Source of the DNA: Centroscyllium fabricii
Taxonomy: Eukaryota
NCBI GenBank assembly: GCA_051313645.2
Contig: JBNRSN020000024.1
Span: 84,382,001-84,446,000, forward strand
Direction of reading: 5' to 3'
DNA length: 64,000 bases
Below the pieces are notes generated by a model. That model was not told where the DNA came from, did not search any database, and saw only the letters and a program-made list of their open reading frames with translations. Position numbers and translations under genes: made by a program. This document shows, one piece after another, positions 20,665-33,846 of the stretch (position 1 is the stretch's first letter; every line of letters begins with the position of its first letter).

Positions 20665-21638
20665 CAAAAGGTTCACTTCAAAATGTTTATTGAATGTTGT
20701 GAGAGAACTCAATTTTTTTTAAATTGCTGATAGATTACCCGAATAACCAACACAATTTGAGATACATTTTTTTTTGTCTTTTTATTTTAAGCCGCTTCGC
20801 AGAAAGCCCAGTGAGGAATCCAGTCCACTGCGAATCCGCACCGGGAGGTGAACCAACCTGAGGGCAAAGCGGCGTTCGTTAGATACCCCGCGTTCGTTAG
20901 ATACCCCGCGTTCGTTAGATACCCCGCCAGCACAGGATTTCAGAATCTTTTTTTTAATTATTTCCTTTAAATCTGTAGTATTGTACAGTACATAACGCAG
21001 TTATTTTTTTAAAAACAGGTAACACTGGAATAGCATTGATGTAATGGATGGCACGTTTTTAAAACCGTTTTCACTAAAGCAGGCGGGATAGACCTCTATA
21101 ATAAAACACTATTAGAAACTCATTCATTCTCTCTCACACACACAACTTTCCCAATGCGCTATATATTTCATTTACAATATATTGTGATGTTTGTGTGTAA
21201 AACGAAACAGGAAAAAAAAACATTAAAATGCACGGAATTAAACTCTAATATATGTACACGCGAATTTACAACTGGTGAAATAAATTAATATCGATTTGCA
21301 TAATCTGCCATCCATAGCATATTTACACAAAAATTACTAATTAATTACATAAATAGCAAAGATCTTTTTTTTCTCGTGTGAAGGTACATTTCTCGAATGC
21401 GGTTTTGTTTTTTGTAGCGAAGTGATGGTTCCTTTACCCCAAGTTGCAGCCCAGTGAGCAGCGGCTCCTGCTCCCCTCCCTGTGGTCTCAGTCTGGGGGC
21501 CGCTGCCTCTGGTCGCTGGTCTCTGGTCTCTCTGACCCCAGCCATCCCCTCGGTCGGATGCTGAAGGGGGTCTGCGCTCTGAGGGTCCTCCTGCCTGGCC
21601 TCATAGTCCTGCTGTCCCCAAATGGGTCCAATCGGGGT
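20665..21638 (-). other. TBX2: TBX2 3' UTR (inferred)
   Basis: Lies between the stop codon and the poly(A) signal. AU-rich, with Pumilio and miRNA seed motifs. Confidence 0.65.
20686..20691 (-). terminator. Probable TBX2 polyadenylation signal AATAAA
   Basis: TTTATT on the + strand, followed on the transcript by a GU-rich tract (20620-20635). An alternative AATAAA is at 20781-20786. Confidence 0.65.
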
Positions 21639-22103
21639 TCATTTGGGAGAGTCCCTGGCCGGAGACATCTCCCGGTGGCTCTCCAGGCCACTGACCAATC
21701 TCTGAATATTCTGCAGTTCGTTGATGGCCTCCTTGGCGGCCGGTTTGGGGGAAAGCGAGCCGCCTCCAGTCCTTAAGCTGCCACCGCTGCCGTTGTTGCT
21801 TTTGTGGTTGAGGTCGGAGGCCAGGCTGAGGGAGACGGGGCTGGAGTCTCGGCTGCGCAGTTTGCTGTCGGAGCCCCCGAGAGCCGAGGGCATGGCCGTG
21901 GTGAGGAGGTTGGTGCTGGCCGGGATGGTGACCGGGATCGGGTACGGGTTGAAGCGAAGCCGGGTCCGCCCGCCGCTCAGGAACGGGTGCCGGTGGAGGG
22001 AGGACGGGCCGGAGCTGTTGGGCAAGGCGGCGGCAGCGGCGGCCGCGGCCATGTAGGTGTATGGGTAAGGGAAGAGCCCTCCGAAAGTGGTCATTGGGAT
22101 CCC
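21639..22103 (-). CDS. TBX2: TBX2 coding exon 7 (last; C-terminal repression region)
   Basis: Acceptor CAG at 22106-22104. Reads [26 protein letters not shown]...RLRFNPY...[16 protein letters not shown]...DSPK*. Stop TGA at 21641-21639; 465 nt. Confidence 0.96.
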   Translation of the reverse strand, partial: GIPMTTFGGLFPYPYTYMAAAAAAAALPNSSGPSSLHRHPFLSGGRTRLRFNPYPIPVTIPASTNLLTTAMPSALGGSDSKLRSRDSSPVSLSLASDLNHKSNNGSGGSLRTGGGSLSPKPAAKEAINELQNIQRLVSGLESHREMSPARDSPK

Positions 22104-22384
22104 CTGTATTAAAAAACAAGAAGGAGACAGGGAGAAACACACCTGGTGAGTATCAGCATACGGTGAAGAGCGAGAGCAGAGACACAGAACAAATCCCAAC
22201 AAACCCCATCAATCGGTGCACAGATCTGGTGCAGCGGCTCTTAGTGGCTGCAGTAAATGAACATTAACAAGAAGGCGGAATTAAAGGATCGTGCAAAGTT
22301 GGAACTCTATCTCCCAGAAAGCTGTTGAGGCTGGGGGGTCAATTGAGAGATTTTTGTTGGGTAAGGATGTCGAGGGCACTGCAC

Positions 22385-22927
22385 GGTGGCGCCGTGGACG
22401 ACACGGTGGCGCAGTGGTTAGCACTGCTGCCTCGCAATAAGGAGCCCCTGGGTTCAAATCCTGCTTGGCCCGGGACCTCTCTGCCTGGAGTTTGCATGTT
22501 CGCCCCGTGTTCGTGTGGGTTTCCTCCGGTCCAAAGATGTGCGGGTTAGGTTGATTGGCCAGGATAAATTGACCCTCAGTGTTAGGGGGATTGAATGTGT
22601 GGGGTTATGGGGATAGGGTGGGATATGTGTTGGTGCAGTCTCGATGGGCCGAAATGGCCTCTCTCTGCACTGTAGGGATTCTATGATACTCCGGTTTCCT
22701 CCCACCACCCAAAGACATGCAGGTTAGGTGAATTGGAGATACTAAAAATTGCCCATGAGTATGTGTGTGAGATATAGTTCTTAGAGTTGGGGGTGTCGGG
22801 GGATATGGGGAGAGGGTAGGAGGTGGGTGCTGAGTTTGGATGATCAGCCATGATCTCATCAAAATGGTGGAGCAGGCTCGAAGGGCCGAATGGCCGACTC
22901 CTGCTCCTATCTTCTGTGTTTCTGTGT
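22385..22927 (+). mobile_element. Two tandem HE1-like tRNA-derived V-SINEs with CR1-derived tails
   Basis: A box TGGCGCAGTGG and B box GGTTCAAATCC, V-core tggagtttgcatgtt..gtgggtttcctccgg..ccaaagatgtgcgg. Tails are gggccgaaatggcc..ctgtagggattctatg and gaagggccgaatggccgactcctgctcct. Confidence 0.88.
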
Positions 22928-22957
22928 TATGGGACCAAGGCGGGTGGATACAGTTAA

Positions 22958-23276
22958 ATGTAAGAAGTCACACAACCACCAGGTTATAGTCCTATAAGCT
23001 TGTGATTTCAAATAAAACTGTTGGGACTATAACCTGGTGTTGTGTGACTTCTTACAATTGTCCACCCCAGTCCAACCCCGGCACCTCCACATCAAGGTTA
23101 TAGTCCCAACAGTTTTATTTGAAATCACAAGCTTTCCGAGCGCTGCTCCTTGGTCAGGTGAAGGAGGACCTGACCAAGGAATGGGAAAGCTTGTGATTTC
23201 AAATAAAACTGTTGGGACTATAACCTGGTGTTGTGTGACTTCTTACATCAGTCCAACACCGGCACCTCCACATCAT
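22958..23276. mobile_element. Palindromic Penelope-like terminal-repeat relic with a ~12-bp TSD
   Basis: Several inverted copies of AAGCTTGTGATTTCAAATAAAACTGTTGGGACTATAACCTGGTGTTGTGTGACTTCTTAC. Flanked by GGATACAGTTAA (22946-22957) and GGATACATTTAA (23277-23288). Confidence 0.72.
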
Positions 23277-25609
23277 GGATACATTTAAGATGCTGCTCGC
23301 CCAGGATCGAATTGAATGGAGGAACAGACTCGAGGGGCTGAATGGCTTCCCCCCTCTGTTACCATATTCCTTTAAAAAAAATAGGTTCAAGGACACGGTT
23401 ACGGGTGAGCAAATGGGATTTTTTCAGATGTATCGAGTTGAATCTCCGATTTGATCCCAGGGGGTTGACAGAGACCCCGACAGCCACACCAGTACTTTGA
23501 CCTCCCACCCGGCTGCACATTAATGAGTGGAGGGATGGACCGTTTCTGTGAAGCTACAGCGACCCTCTTCCATTGCCTCGCAGGTGCAGGGCTGGGCAGT
23601 GGGACCTGCCCCATTTCCCAGGCTTCTCTATATTACACCCTATTTTCAGCCTTGGACTGATCTGTCGCCTTTTTGAACATACACATCAACGCCAATAAAA
23701 CAGTTCATTAATTTGACAATAAAAACGTATAATTGGAATAGGAATTCTAAACGCCAGGATTGAATGGGAAAGATGGATTGTTCTGTGCTTGGAAAGGAAG
23801 AGCATTAACTGCATGTACTAAACTCTCTCTTGAATGGATGGAGAGCTGTCGCTGTCAGTGTGAAGATAAATGAATAAACAAGGAAGAAAAAAAACCCAAA
23901 TGTAATTATTTTTCTAGACTTGCAACAACCCCCGGTATCTTTATGGATCCAGTTCAAACAAACACAATTGAATCTGTTTGTCAACTAAATCGAACTCAAT
24001 GTACCATTACAATACTGTTGTATCCAGCGGCCTGAATCACAGCATTGTCAAAACAAGTTGTATAAATAACCGAATGATCGGTTGATTAATCAGCCCCACA
24101 AATAAAGACATAAAAAATATATATTCATACCACACACACATACATCTCCGATATATTTTATATATATATATTGTAATGAATAATCTTATATCAATATATA
24201 CATAAAATATATACAGAAATATACATGTAGACAATATATTCATACACATTATAATATTTTAATACTTTGCTTCAAAGCATAAAACACTTAAAACACTCCC
24301 CACTGCAAGGTATCTAGTAGTTCCTCCAGAAATAACCAACTCGAGGGGAGAAATTGCTCGAGTGGTTTATGTGTAGCGAAATGTTGAATTGGATGAAGGG
24401 GTTGGCTCTGTGGTTGTACACAGCGACCGAGAGCAGCCTTTCCCTCCATCTCTCCAAAACACGGGCTTGGATTGTGGAGACTGATTGAAAATCGCAGCTA
24501 AACTCACAGGACAGGACTCGACAATCTTTCAGCCGTCAGCTTTTACTCAGAGAGGTTTCCAGGGCGGATTATTGATCATTACCCATCCAACATGGGACTG
24601 GCTGGGAGCACGGAATTGATTCATTTCGCGTTAAGAAGTGGGGGTGTTAAAGGTACATTTCTCCAAACCCTTCAACCGGGGTGAGCGACCTGCTACGTTG
24701 ACAATAACTCAAGGATTAACCGCGATCGGAGTATTTAGAATAACTATTCCAGGTGTTGCACTGGAATCCAGGTCCCGCTGTGTCGTGACTGTTGGATCTG
24801 ATATAAATACTGAGTTAGCCTCATACCCAATGGCTCATCTTAAATTATTCTCCCTTTTATCGGTCCGAGTTGGACTATTAACCCGCAATTCATAGACTTC
24901 TCTCTCTGGACTGACAAGACACAGGAGACCGCAGCCGCAACAATAACTTACAAGACAAGACACGGCCGAACCTCGTTTCAAACTGTCGGAAATACAGATG
25001 GGGAAAGGCCCTCCGAATCCGCGATCTCCGGCTTTCCCGGTCTCGCTTCCCTCTCCCGGTTACTCCTTGCTTTCTGACTATTCCATGTTTCCTCCCCTGG
25101 TTTCTATTCTCCCTCTCGCTGGTTTTCTCCATTACTCTCCTGATCTTGTTGTCCCTCTCCCTCTGTCCTCTCTCTCTCTCTCTCTCCTGTCTCTCTCTCT
25201 ATTTTCCCCCACTCTCCTGTTAATCTGAATGCCATGTGCTGGAAAAGTGAGCTCGGCAGGTTTCGCAGACCAGCTCTCATCCCTCGCCCAAAACATCAGA
25301 ACTAAATGGTCAGACAACGAGAAAAAGGGGGTGAGAAAAATATGACCAAGAGTTGAAATAAATCTTTCAGCGAGGTCTGTATGCAAACGGCTCAATGTTC
25401 AAGTCCCCAAATCCCGGTTGGATTTCAATCTCGGGGACTGGACCATGAATTATTGTAAAACTCCCGCAGATCCACCGTTTTTATCGTTCATGGGGAACCC
25501 CTTTGGTAAAGTGGGATTCGAGAGCTGAGTGTTGGGTCAATGAAATGCAAACTCTCCCCCCCCCCCCCCCCCTCTCCTCTGCCGCTTCAATACAAACGGG
25601 ACTTCTTAC

Positions 25610-26214
25610 CTGAGAAGCCAGGACGTGTTGAGAGAGATGGAAAGGGAAGTGGGGACCCTGGGCGGCCGCCGCCTGAGCCGCGCTGAGGGTCGCGCTGTCC
25701 AAACTGCCTCCTCCGGACACTGAGGCCAATAAATGTCCCATCCCGGTGGCCATGGCCGAGAAAGCTCCCGGGGCGACTGCAAACTGACCCGGGTGGATAA
25801 AGAGAGGCTGTCCGACGTTTAAAGGGTTAAAAAACTGCTGGCTGTGCAACCCCGAGAAAGCCAAGCTCTGCAAATGTCCGGCGCTGAGGTGAGGGTCAGT
25901 CTGCACCATGAGCGGACTGAAGGTCTCTTTATTCAGACAGTCACCGTCCTTCTTGGTCTCAACCTTCCTCCGCCCTTCGCCCTTCTCTCTCTCCGAGGTC
26001 CTGTGACTAAAGCACATGTCGCTGTCCCTGCGCGCCTCCTCCAGCGCCTCTCGCTTCCTCTCCGGGTTAAATCCTTGCTTGGGCCGGGGAGGCTCCTCTG
26101 CCGGTGGAGTGTCGGCTCCGGACACGGTCACTCGGGGGCTGCCGCTGCCCGCGGCCGGCTGCTCCTCCTCCTGTCCCTCCAGCTCCGGGTCACTGTCCGC
26201 ACCCGACTTCTCAT
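25610..26214 (-). CDS. TBX2: TBX2 coding exon 6
   Basis: Acceptor CAG at 26217-26215. Reads (D)[10 protein letters not shown]...FSPLMVQTD...[20 protein letters not shown]...[13 protein letters not shown]. Donor GTAAGA; 605 nt. Confidence 0.95.
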
Positions 26215-27828
26215 CTGAAGTGACCGGAAGATCAATCAATCAAATAGAAATGGTTTTTAAAAAATCAACAGAACCCAGAGATTAACACAATCCGATTCCG
26301 ATTGCATTCAGTCACCCAGACATACAGGCTAGAGAGAGTCGGTGCATATTTAAATATAATAAGTGTTATAATACTTCATATAACTCGCCCAAGAAACACA
26401 TATATCGTAAATGTTCCATTCAGCACAGGCAGCACCAGAATGAACTGATCCAAGCCCTCGCTCCCTCTAGACTTAGTTACTTATTATTTTAATATTTAAT
26501 AACAAAAAAACAATATGCGTTAAAATAAACCCGGGGCTTGTTTTCATATTGTCTCCTAATTTCTCCTGGTCTGTCTTTATATCTCGGTGTTTGATGAATG
26601 GGGGATCCTGTTCTGAAATAGATTACTTGGACAAGAGAGAGAGAGTGTTCTGGAAACAGAGGCGAGTTTTATAGGCGAGACTTATTTGGAAATATTAAAT
26701 TGGACTTTGCTTTCATTTTCTGTATCCAGGTCAGCGATGACTGCACAGTATGATTTATACAAATATCACACACACACACACACAAATAATATTCTGTTTA
26801 CATTAAAATATTGGCTGAAATATCGGTGAAGGGCGATGAATTCTGAATCAACGCTGCACAGGGGAAACGATTTGAATCTAAAAACCTCGGGATCGATTTC
26901 CCAAACCTCGGTTGTTTTGTTACAACGTTTTTTTCGGAACACTTTGCAGACTAACATTTTAGAAATATCTATTTGATAAGGTGGGCTAAACCATTACTAA
27001 AGAAGGGATGCTTCACAGAACTGGGAGCAACATTTAATACCATAAACACTCCGCCGAAGTGTCAAAAGAGCTGATTCAGAGCCCGGGACTGGCAGTGAGT
27101 TCAACACCTATCGAATCCCAACCAGTGACAGAACCGTTCGGTTCACTAGACTTCAGTTTGAAAAACACTCACAGCCCATACGGATGGATCGTTTGTGTTA
27201 CAATAATAAAACACACACTCTGTGCCTTTTACACTTCAGAGATTTCTGTGTCATATCCACTCGCAAAAACGACCCATTACTCACTCGGGACATCGCCCCC
27301 TTACTTATATTGGCCCTGGTGTTGAAATATATATATTTTAAATCATCATAATCCATTAAATATTGTCTCCTTGTCTCTCCCAGTGTAGATGTTATTTCAA
27401 CACGATCTCCCGTTTCACAACATTAAAAACATAACAGGGAATAATATTTAATGTTGGAGAGTTAGTCATGGAATATCTCACAGTACCCCAAGGTACCAGA
27501 CAGACACTTAACCTATTGATTTATGGAGTTTGCGTGGAGTTTTAGGGCAATGTTTTAATTTAGTGTTATCTTCATTATGATTAATGCAAAGTCTTCAGCC
27601 CCTTAAAAAGTTGGTGTGTGCCCGTGCGTCGGTGTCTCCTGGACCCATTTATACCAGAATTTACTGGAGCAAATAATGACACCAGGCTTTAAAGGTTAAG
27701 CCACTGGCCCAGTGGTTAAGCCGGGGGACGCCATGCGGTCAACAAACCGCGCGCCCTTGATCTCTGGATCGGATCAGAGACTTTGCAGCCTCCCCCTCCC
27801 CCCCCCCCCCCCCCTTCCTATATTTTAC

Positions 27829-27998
27829 CTTTGGATGCTTGGCTGAACTGCAGAGAAACCGGGTCTGCAGCCAAGGGCGAGCGCTGGGACTCCCTGGCCG
27901 GCGGCTGGTCCCCGGAGGAGGCGTCAGAATCGCCACCATCTCGATCACCTTTACACTGATCTTCATAGACCCGCAGGGAGGGCAGAGAGAGCTGCTTC
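27829..27998 (-). CDS. TBX2: TBX2 coding exon 5
   Basis: Acceptor ttttctttcag. Reads (R)[28 protein letters not shown]...QASK. Donor GTAAAA; 170 nt, phases match exons 4 and 6. Confidence 0.93.
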
Positions 27999-28470
27999 CT
28001 GAAAGAAAATCCCCCCAAAAAAGTTTCTTACAATGTTACAAAGCGACCGATAACGGGCTTAAATGTTTGAAAAGTAACAATTTTAAATTCCTGTCTTTAA
28101 AATATAACTCCCCAAAAATTAAAACTATCAAAACTATTGAAAGTTCATTTGAAAGACAAGATTCCCGGAGCTCGTCCTCTCTCCAGGTTCCCAGCACTCG
28201 GGAGGTGCCATTCCGCTCCCGGCCGCCAGGAGGTGCCGCCGAGCAGCCTGGCGTAAACCTCGCCCGGCGCAGAAACGGTGCGCCCTCCATTAACGCCAAT
28301 CCCTGACGGCGCAACTCAAGACCGAGAACTGTCGGTCACCGAGTGGGCAACGACTGAGGGGAACGGAGGAGAACCATCTCTCTCCCGCCTAAACCCGAAA
28401 GAAATGATGTCTAAACGCTCATGGGGAGATATTGATAATCGGAGTGATAATAAATCGATAGGTCCGTTTA

Positions 28471-28581
<111 letters not shown>

Positions 28582-28729
28582 TTAATAAAACTCCAAAGTG
28601 ATGAGTGCGCACACCCGCCATCGCCAGGAATGTCATTTGGGGACTAGTGAATGAAAATTAAACAGCACCAGAACTGTGGGACTGAGCAAGACTTATACAT
28701 ATCAATTGGAATGACATACTCTTACCTAT

Positions 28730-28912
28730 ATGTGTCCTGGCCAATATTTATCCCTCAGTCAACATCTAACAACAAATTCTCTGTTTGTGGGAGCTTGCTG
28801 TGCGCAAATTGACTTCTTTTTATAATGTTTCACAATTACCACAGTGGCTGCACTTCAGAAGTACTGCAGTGACTGTAAAGCGCTTTGGGAAGCCCTGAGG
28901 TCGTGAAAAGCT
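28730..28912 (+). mobile_element. SacSINE1/DeuSINE-like 3' half in TBX2 intron 3
   Basis: tgtcctggccaatatttatccctca..tgtttgtgggagcttgctgtgcgcaaattg..ctgtaaagcgctttggga..cctgaggtcgtgaaa matches the Deu-domain and L2-tail consensus as I recall it. Confidence 0.75.
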
Positions 28913-30591
28913 TTCATGTGTGTGTCAAGAGTTTTGTGTCATTATCCAAGGCCAGAATTGTAAATGAAATTCGATGTACTTTCTGTTAATGAACTCAGCC
29001 CAAAATCCGATTTGAATAATATGATATGAAAATATATGAGATAAACCGCCGGGCCCTTCCCATTCCTGGGATAAAGTTGGAGACAACGGGCAAATCGACT
29101 GTCCTAGCTGGATCTGTTCCAACAGGACCAAGTTCCAATATTAATATGTGGAGTCACTGTTGGGCAAATCGGGTTTTTTTTCTCTCTCTGTGTAGCGTTG
29201 AAATATTTAATCTCACTTGCCAACAAGAAGGTTATGGAGCAAGCCTAAAAGGTTTTTAACAGTGTATTTACGTGATGGGTTATGAATACTTCATATAAAT
29301 TATGGTGTGTGTATATGATATCAGCAAAGCGACAAGTGTGCCTCGTTGGCTGTGCCGGCATTCATTATTCATAAGCCAAGCATTGCAAAAATATGCTAAT
29401 ATTTTTTAAGGGGCAGAACACGTGAGAAGTGAAGAATTAAACCCCTGAAGTCTCCCAATCCTAAGTGGGATAAAGCCGTGTACTTTTCCCAACAACCTGT
29501 ACAGCTCCTGAGCTCCTGGTCAGATGGAGAGGGCTCATTGCTGATGTGTGTACATTCTTAAAGCAGACGGGCAACAATATTGATTGAAATATATGGAAAG
29601 GAGAAGCTTTGGCCACAATATCTTCCTGGCTGTATCTGTAAGTTTATCTTTAAATGTTGATACATCATGGACCAAACAAGTTTGGTATTATTAGTCAAGA
29701 TCAACACAGCAGGGCCGACGTTCAGCTTCGATCAGGCCAGTCTGCAGTGATAAGTATACATTAATCGATTGCAATTCTCGTCATAAAGTGTTGCACGAAA
29801 TTCAACAGACCCTCTCGAACCAAGCTATCGCTGTCGGGCAAAAGAGAGGAGAGAGAGAAAGAGCGAGGTGTGTGGGCAGAGCGCTACAAAATGCGAAATA
29901 ATCACCACGGTCTCATCCACACGCTGTTACCGCGATAGAAACGGCCTCGATCTGTTTACTGCCCCAGTATCGGACCCTTTGCACAACGTGCAATGCCCCC
30001 TTGTATCCAAACTATAACCGCTCTGATTGTCCGAATGATCCTCCCACTTTCACACAGGCCATGCTTGGCCTGGGGGGGATTACCTCGCGATCTCCACACC
30101 CGGAGTAAAATACTGTCGTTCACAAATCAAGATTTTATCAGTTAACCAAAGATTCAGTGAAAAAAAAGTCACAACTCCTGTCCTTATTTCCGTGCAAATC
30201 CTTGTCCTTATATAAATTATTCTATTTACCCTAAATGATGTTATACTAAACATAATTTCTGAGGGTTTCATTACTTTTGAAAACAAGCGAAGTTTGAGTT
30301 CCGCTTGAAGGTACAGGTTGCAATTCCCAGGAATGTGAGGCTTCAATTCTTTCTGGTTTTTTTTGGATTTGGACTCATTTGCGGAACAATCTCAAGCCGC
30401 CGTCGAACAATCCTTTTAATTTAGCCCAAACATCAGCAGTTTCAAGAGAAGAAACTGTTCGACCAGTTGTTACATTTAAAAAGACAAAATGAAACCTTTT
30501 ATTTAAAAAAAGGTCGGCCATAACCCCCGCCTCCCATAGCAAGTTGGGCAACGGACAAAATAGTCTCAAAATATTTTCAATCAATGAACTA

Positions 30592-30885
<294 letters not shown>

Positions 30886-33387
30886 TTAATTCCATTAAAG
30901 GGCAGACCGCGGTTTGCCTCTTAATGTCTGGGGCCACAAAACCTGGAGAAAAAGCAAAAAAAATCCCGGATCATTTCTGTTTATTCTCCCCCCCCCCCCC
31001 CCCCCCACACACACACACAACACACACACAGGAGCGGGATTGGGGAAAGGGGGGTTCACCTTGTCCTGATGTAGTCTAGTGAAAACTCAGTACACAAACA
31101 AAATTCGAAACTTTAATCCCTCCTGCTTGTCATGAGCAAACCTTGGTACCGGCCCTTCAATCAGTGCATACAATGCTGCATTAAATAGGAATCACGTCGA
31201 GTACCTGAGCAGATAAATAGGATCTTTAAACTGTCGAACAATTGCATAAGATTCTTAATCAGGTTATACAATACATTCGGTCACGATTATAATCTATCTA
31301 TGTCTTACAATTCAATCGTTGACTGACATTTTAAAAAATCAGCTCTATTTATTTTTATTTTTGGACATAAAAAATAAATGACGATTCCAAACTGCCTATT
31401 CTGGGCTGGGTGAGCTTTTGAAATCTTTGATCCTGACCTCTTACAGTCATCGAATGTTGAGGTCACCAATTTCCTGCTATCATTTGACTTCAAGCTTCCC
31501 CTATCCCCCCTCCCCCCTCTTCCCCAGCTATATTCTTATTGAAATTATGCTTATTATTAAAACGCGCCTATGAAAGGGACCGTAGATGGGAATCCGTTTG
31601 AAAAAGGGTTTTCAAGAGCAGAGGGGGGAAAAAATTATATCCTCGGTTTAAAATAAAACCCCAGTCCTGGCAGGCACTGAAAGCGAATCCGACGCATTGT
31701 GTCTGACACATAAAAGACACAGACACTGGATCTGGGCATTGGTGTGTCATCTGAACTCTGTCCTGGGTTTATATAATATAAAATATTACAGTGCTTCCCC
31801 GTTCAGGCGTGCAAATCATCCCCAGCCCCGCCACTCAAAGCCTGGATCACCGAGACCAGCCTGGGAGACCAGCCTGGGAGCTCTCACAATCCCTCCGAAC
31901 CATTCATTCCAAGATATAAATCCATTAACATTAGACAAGAATCTTCAGCCTAGAAATATCCCAGGTGCACCTTTTGAAAATGATGAATATTATTTCCTAT
32001 TATTTATTAATAATGTCAATGGCGTTTGCAATACAATCACAGATTGCAAGCAGTCGATTGAATCTTTGACATTGTTCACCTTATCGCTTGGTGGTTTCAC
32101 ATTCTACGCTTTGGCTGCAACCCACCCCCCCTCTCCCCCCGTCTCGATTTTTACTTTAATTTTGGAATATGTTGCTGGCAAAAGCGAGCGTTATTTGTTC
32201 ACGCTTCCTGATCTAGGTCGAATGCTCTGCGCTTCAGGGCGCTTTCTGCACTGCTCAGCTTCATAATGGCTGTTTCTACCTCCAGTGCCGTCCCTGCAAT
32301 CTGCAGTCAAGTTTCTCAGACACTGCATTAAAAACACTCATCCTCCTGCTCCCCCACCCCCAAATAAATGATCACAAATTGTTTTCCATTGGCTTCGTCC
32401 ATCTCTGAAGCATCACTAAAGTGATTCCTGGAGACCCACTGGCTGGAGATAAGAGATCGCGCCATTCAGTAGTCAATCTGTTTCTACCTAGCGAGCACTC
32501 TCTGCTCTCTCTCTCTCTCTCCTGCCTGACGCCACAAAGCCTGACCTGCTTTTCACAACTCATATCCTTAATACGCTTCAGCCTGACCCCGAGTTAGCGT
32601 ACAGCAAAACACACAAAGGTGAAAATACAGTAATATTTAAAGGCATAATTACAAAGTCCTTAAACTCGGCCCAGTCGCAACAGCAGATTCTTCTGAACGT
32701 CTCTCAGCCATTTGTGCTCATACTTAACTCCTGAATCAGGGAGTAATGGATTATTAACAAATATGACAGTCCCGGTTCATTATTTCAAACGGTCCTCGCC
32801 TCCCATAGCAAGCCTCCCATACTGTCTAATCCCAGCAGAATTAAGAGAAACCCCTTCAGATTTTTTTCTGAAAATTCAGCTGGATTTTGACCTGTAAGGT
32901 TCCATTTACTCCTAAACGATTTGATTCAAAGGTTTTTTAAAAAAAGGTTACTGTAGTGTCTTGGAGGGATTTTGGCCGACGATATTCTGTAACATTCTGT
33001 CAATGGACTTGCATCGATCTTATTTAGGATAATTAAAACAAAGCCTTCCTGCCCCTGTCTCGGCACTGGTTCTGGATTAACAGTGGCCTAGTATTTCTGA
33101 AGCCCTGAACTCACTTCGTTTCTTGTCCAAGAGAGATGTTCGCCTGCTTGCGAGTCACTGCCCCCAAAGCTGTAAGCAGTCCCTCATTGGGTAGAGTCCG
33201 TATTTAAAGTTTTGGGTCAAAGACAGAGACGGGGCCAAGTCGGTATATGCGGTCACCGATACAGGGGAGATTCAAGCAAGTTAGCAAGATGACAAGCCAC
33301 AAATGTAACAATCCCAAGCAGAGGGCAGTTGTTGCAACCGTGCGTTTTGGATCTATCACCCCAACACTTAGTACAAAGCGACAGTCA

Positions 33388-33846
<459 letters not shown>

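Larger units (their letters stand above)
22290..23370 (+). mobile_element. Old CR1 3' fragment carrying nested SINEs and a Penelope-like insert
   Basis: tggaactct..cccagaaagctgttgaggctggggg..ttgttgggtaagg (22290-22376) continues as tatgggaccaaggcgggtggatacagttaa (22928-22957) and then gaattgaatgg..ctcgaggggctgaatggc (23289-23370). Confidence 0.7.

Noticed and set aside
22405-22470. tRNA-like sequence (also ~45620-45640)
   Set aside because: It is the A/B-box head of a SINE continuing into the V-core and a LINE tail; no complete cloverleaf.
31844-31880. Alu-like GAGACCAGCCTGG twice
   Set aside because: Only a short local tandem duplication with no Alu body; most likely a chance match.
31697-32266. 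189-aa plus-strand ORF in TBX2 intron 2
   Set aside because: Non-ATG start, no recognisable domain, and composition typical of intronic sequence.
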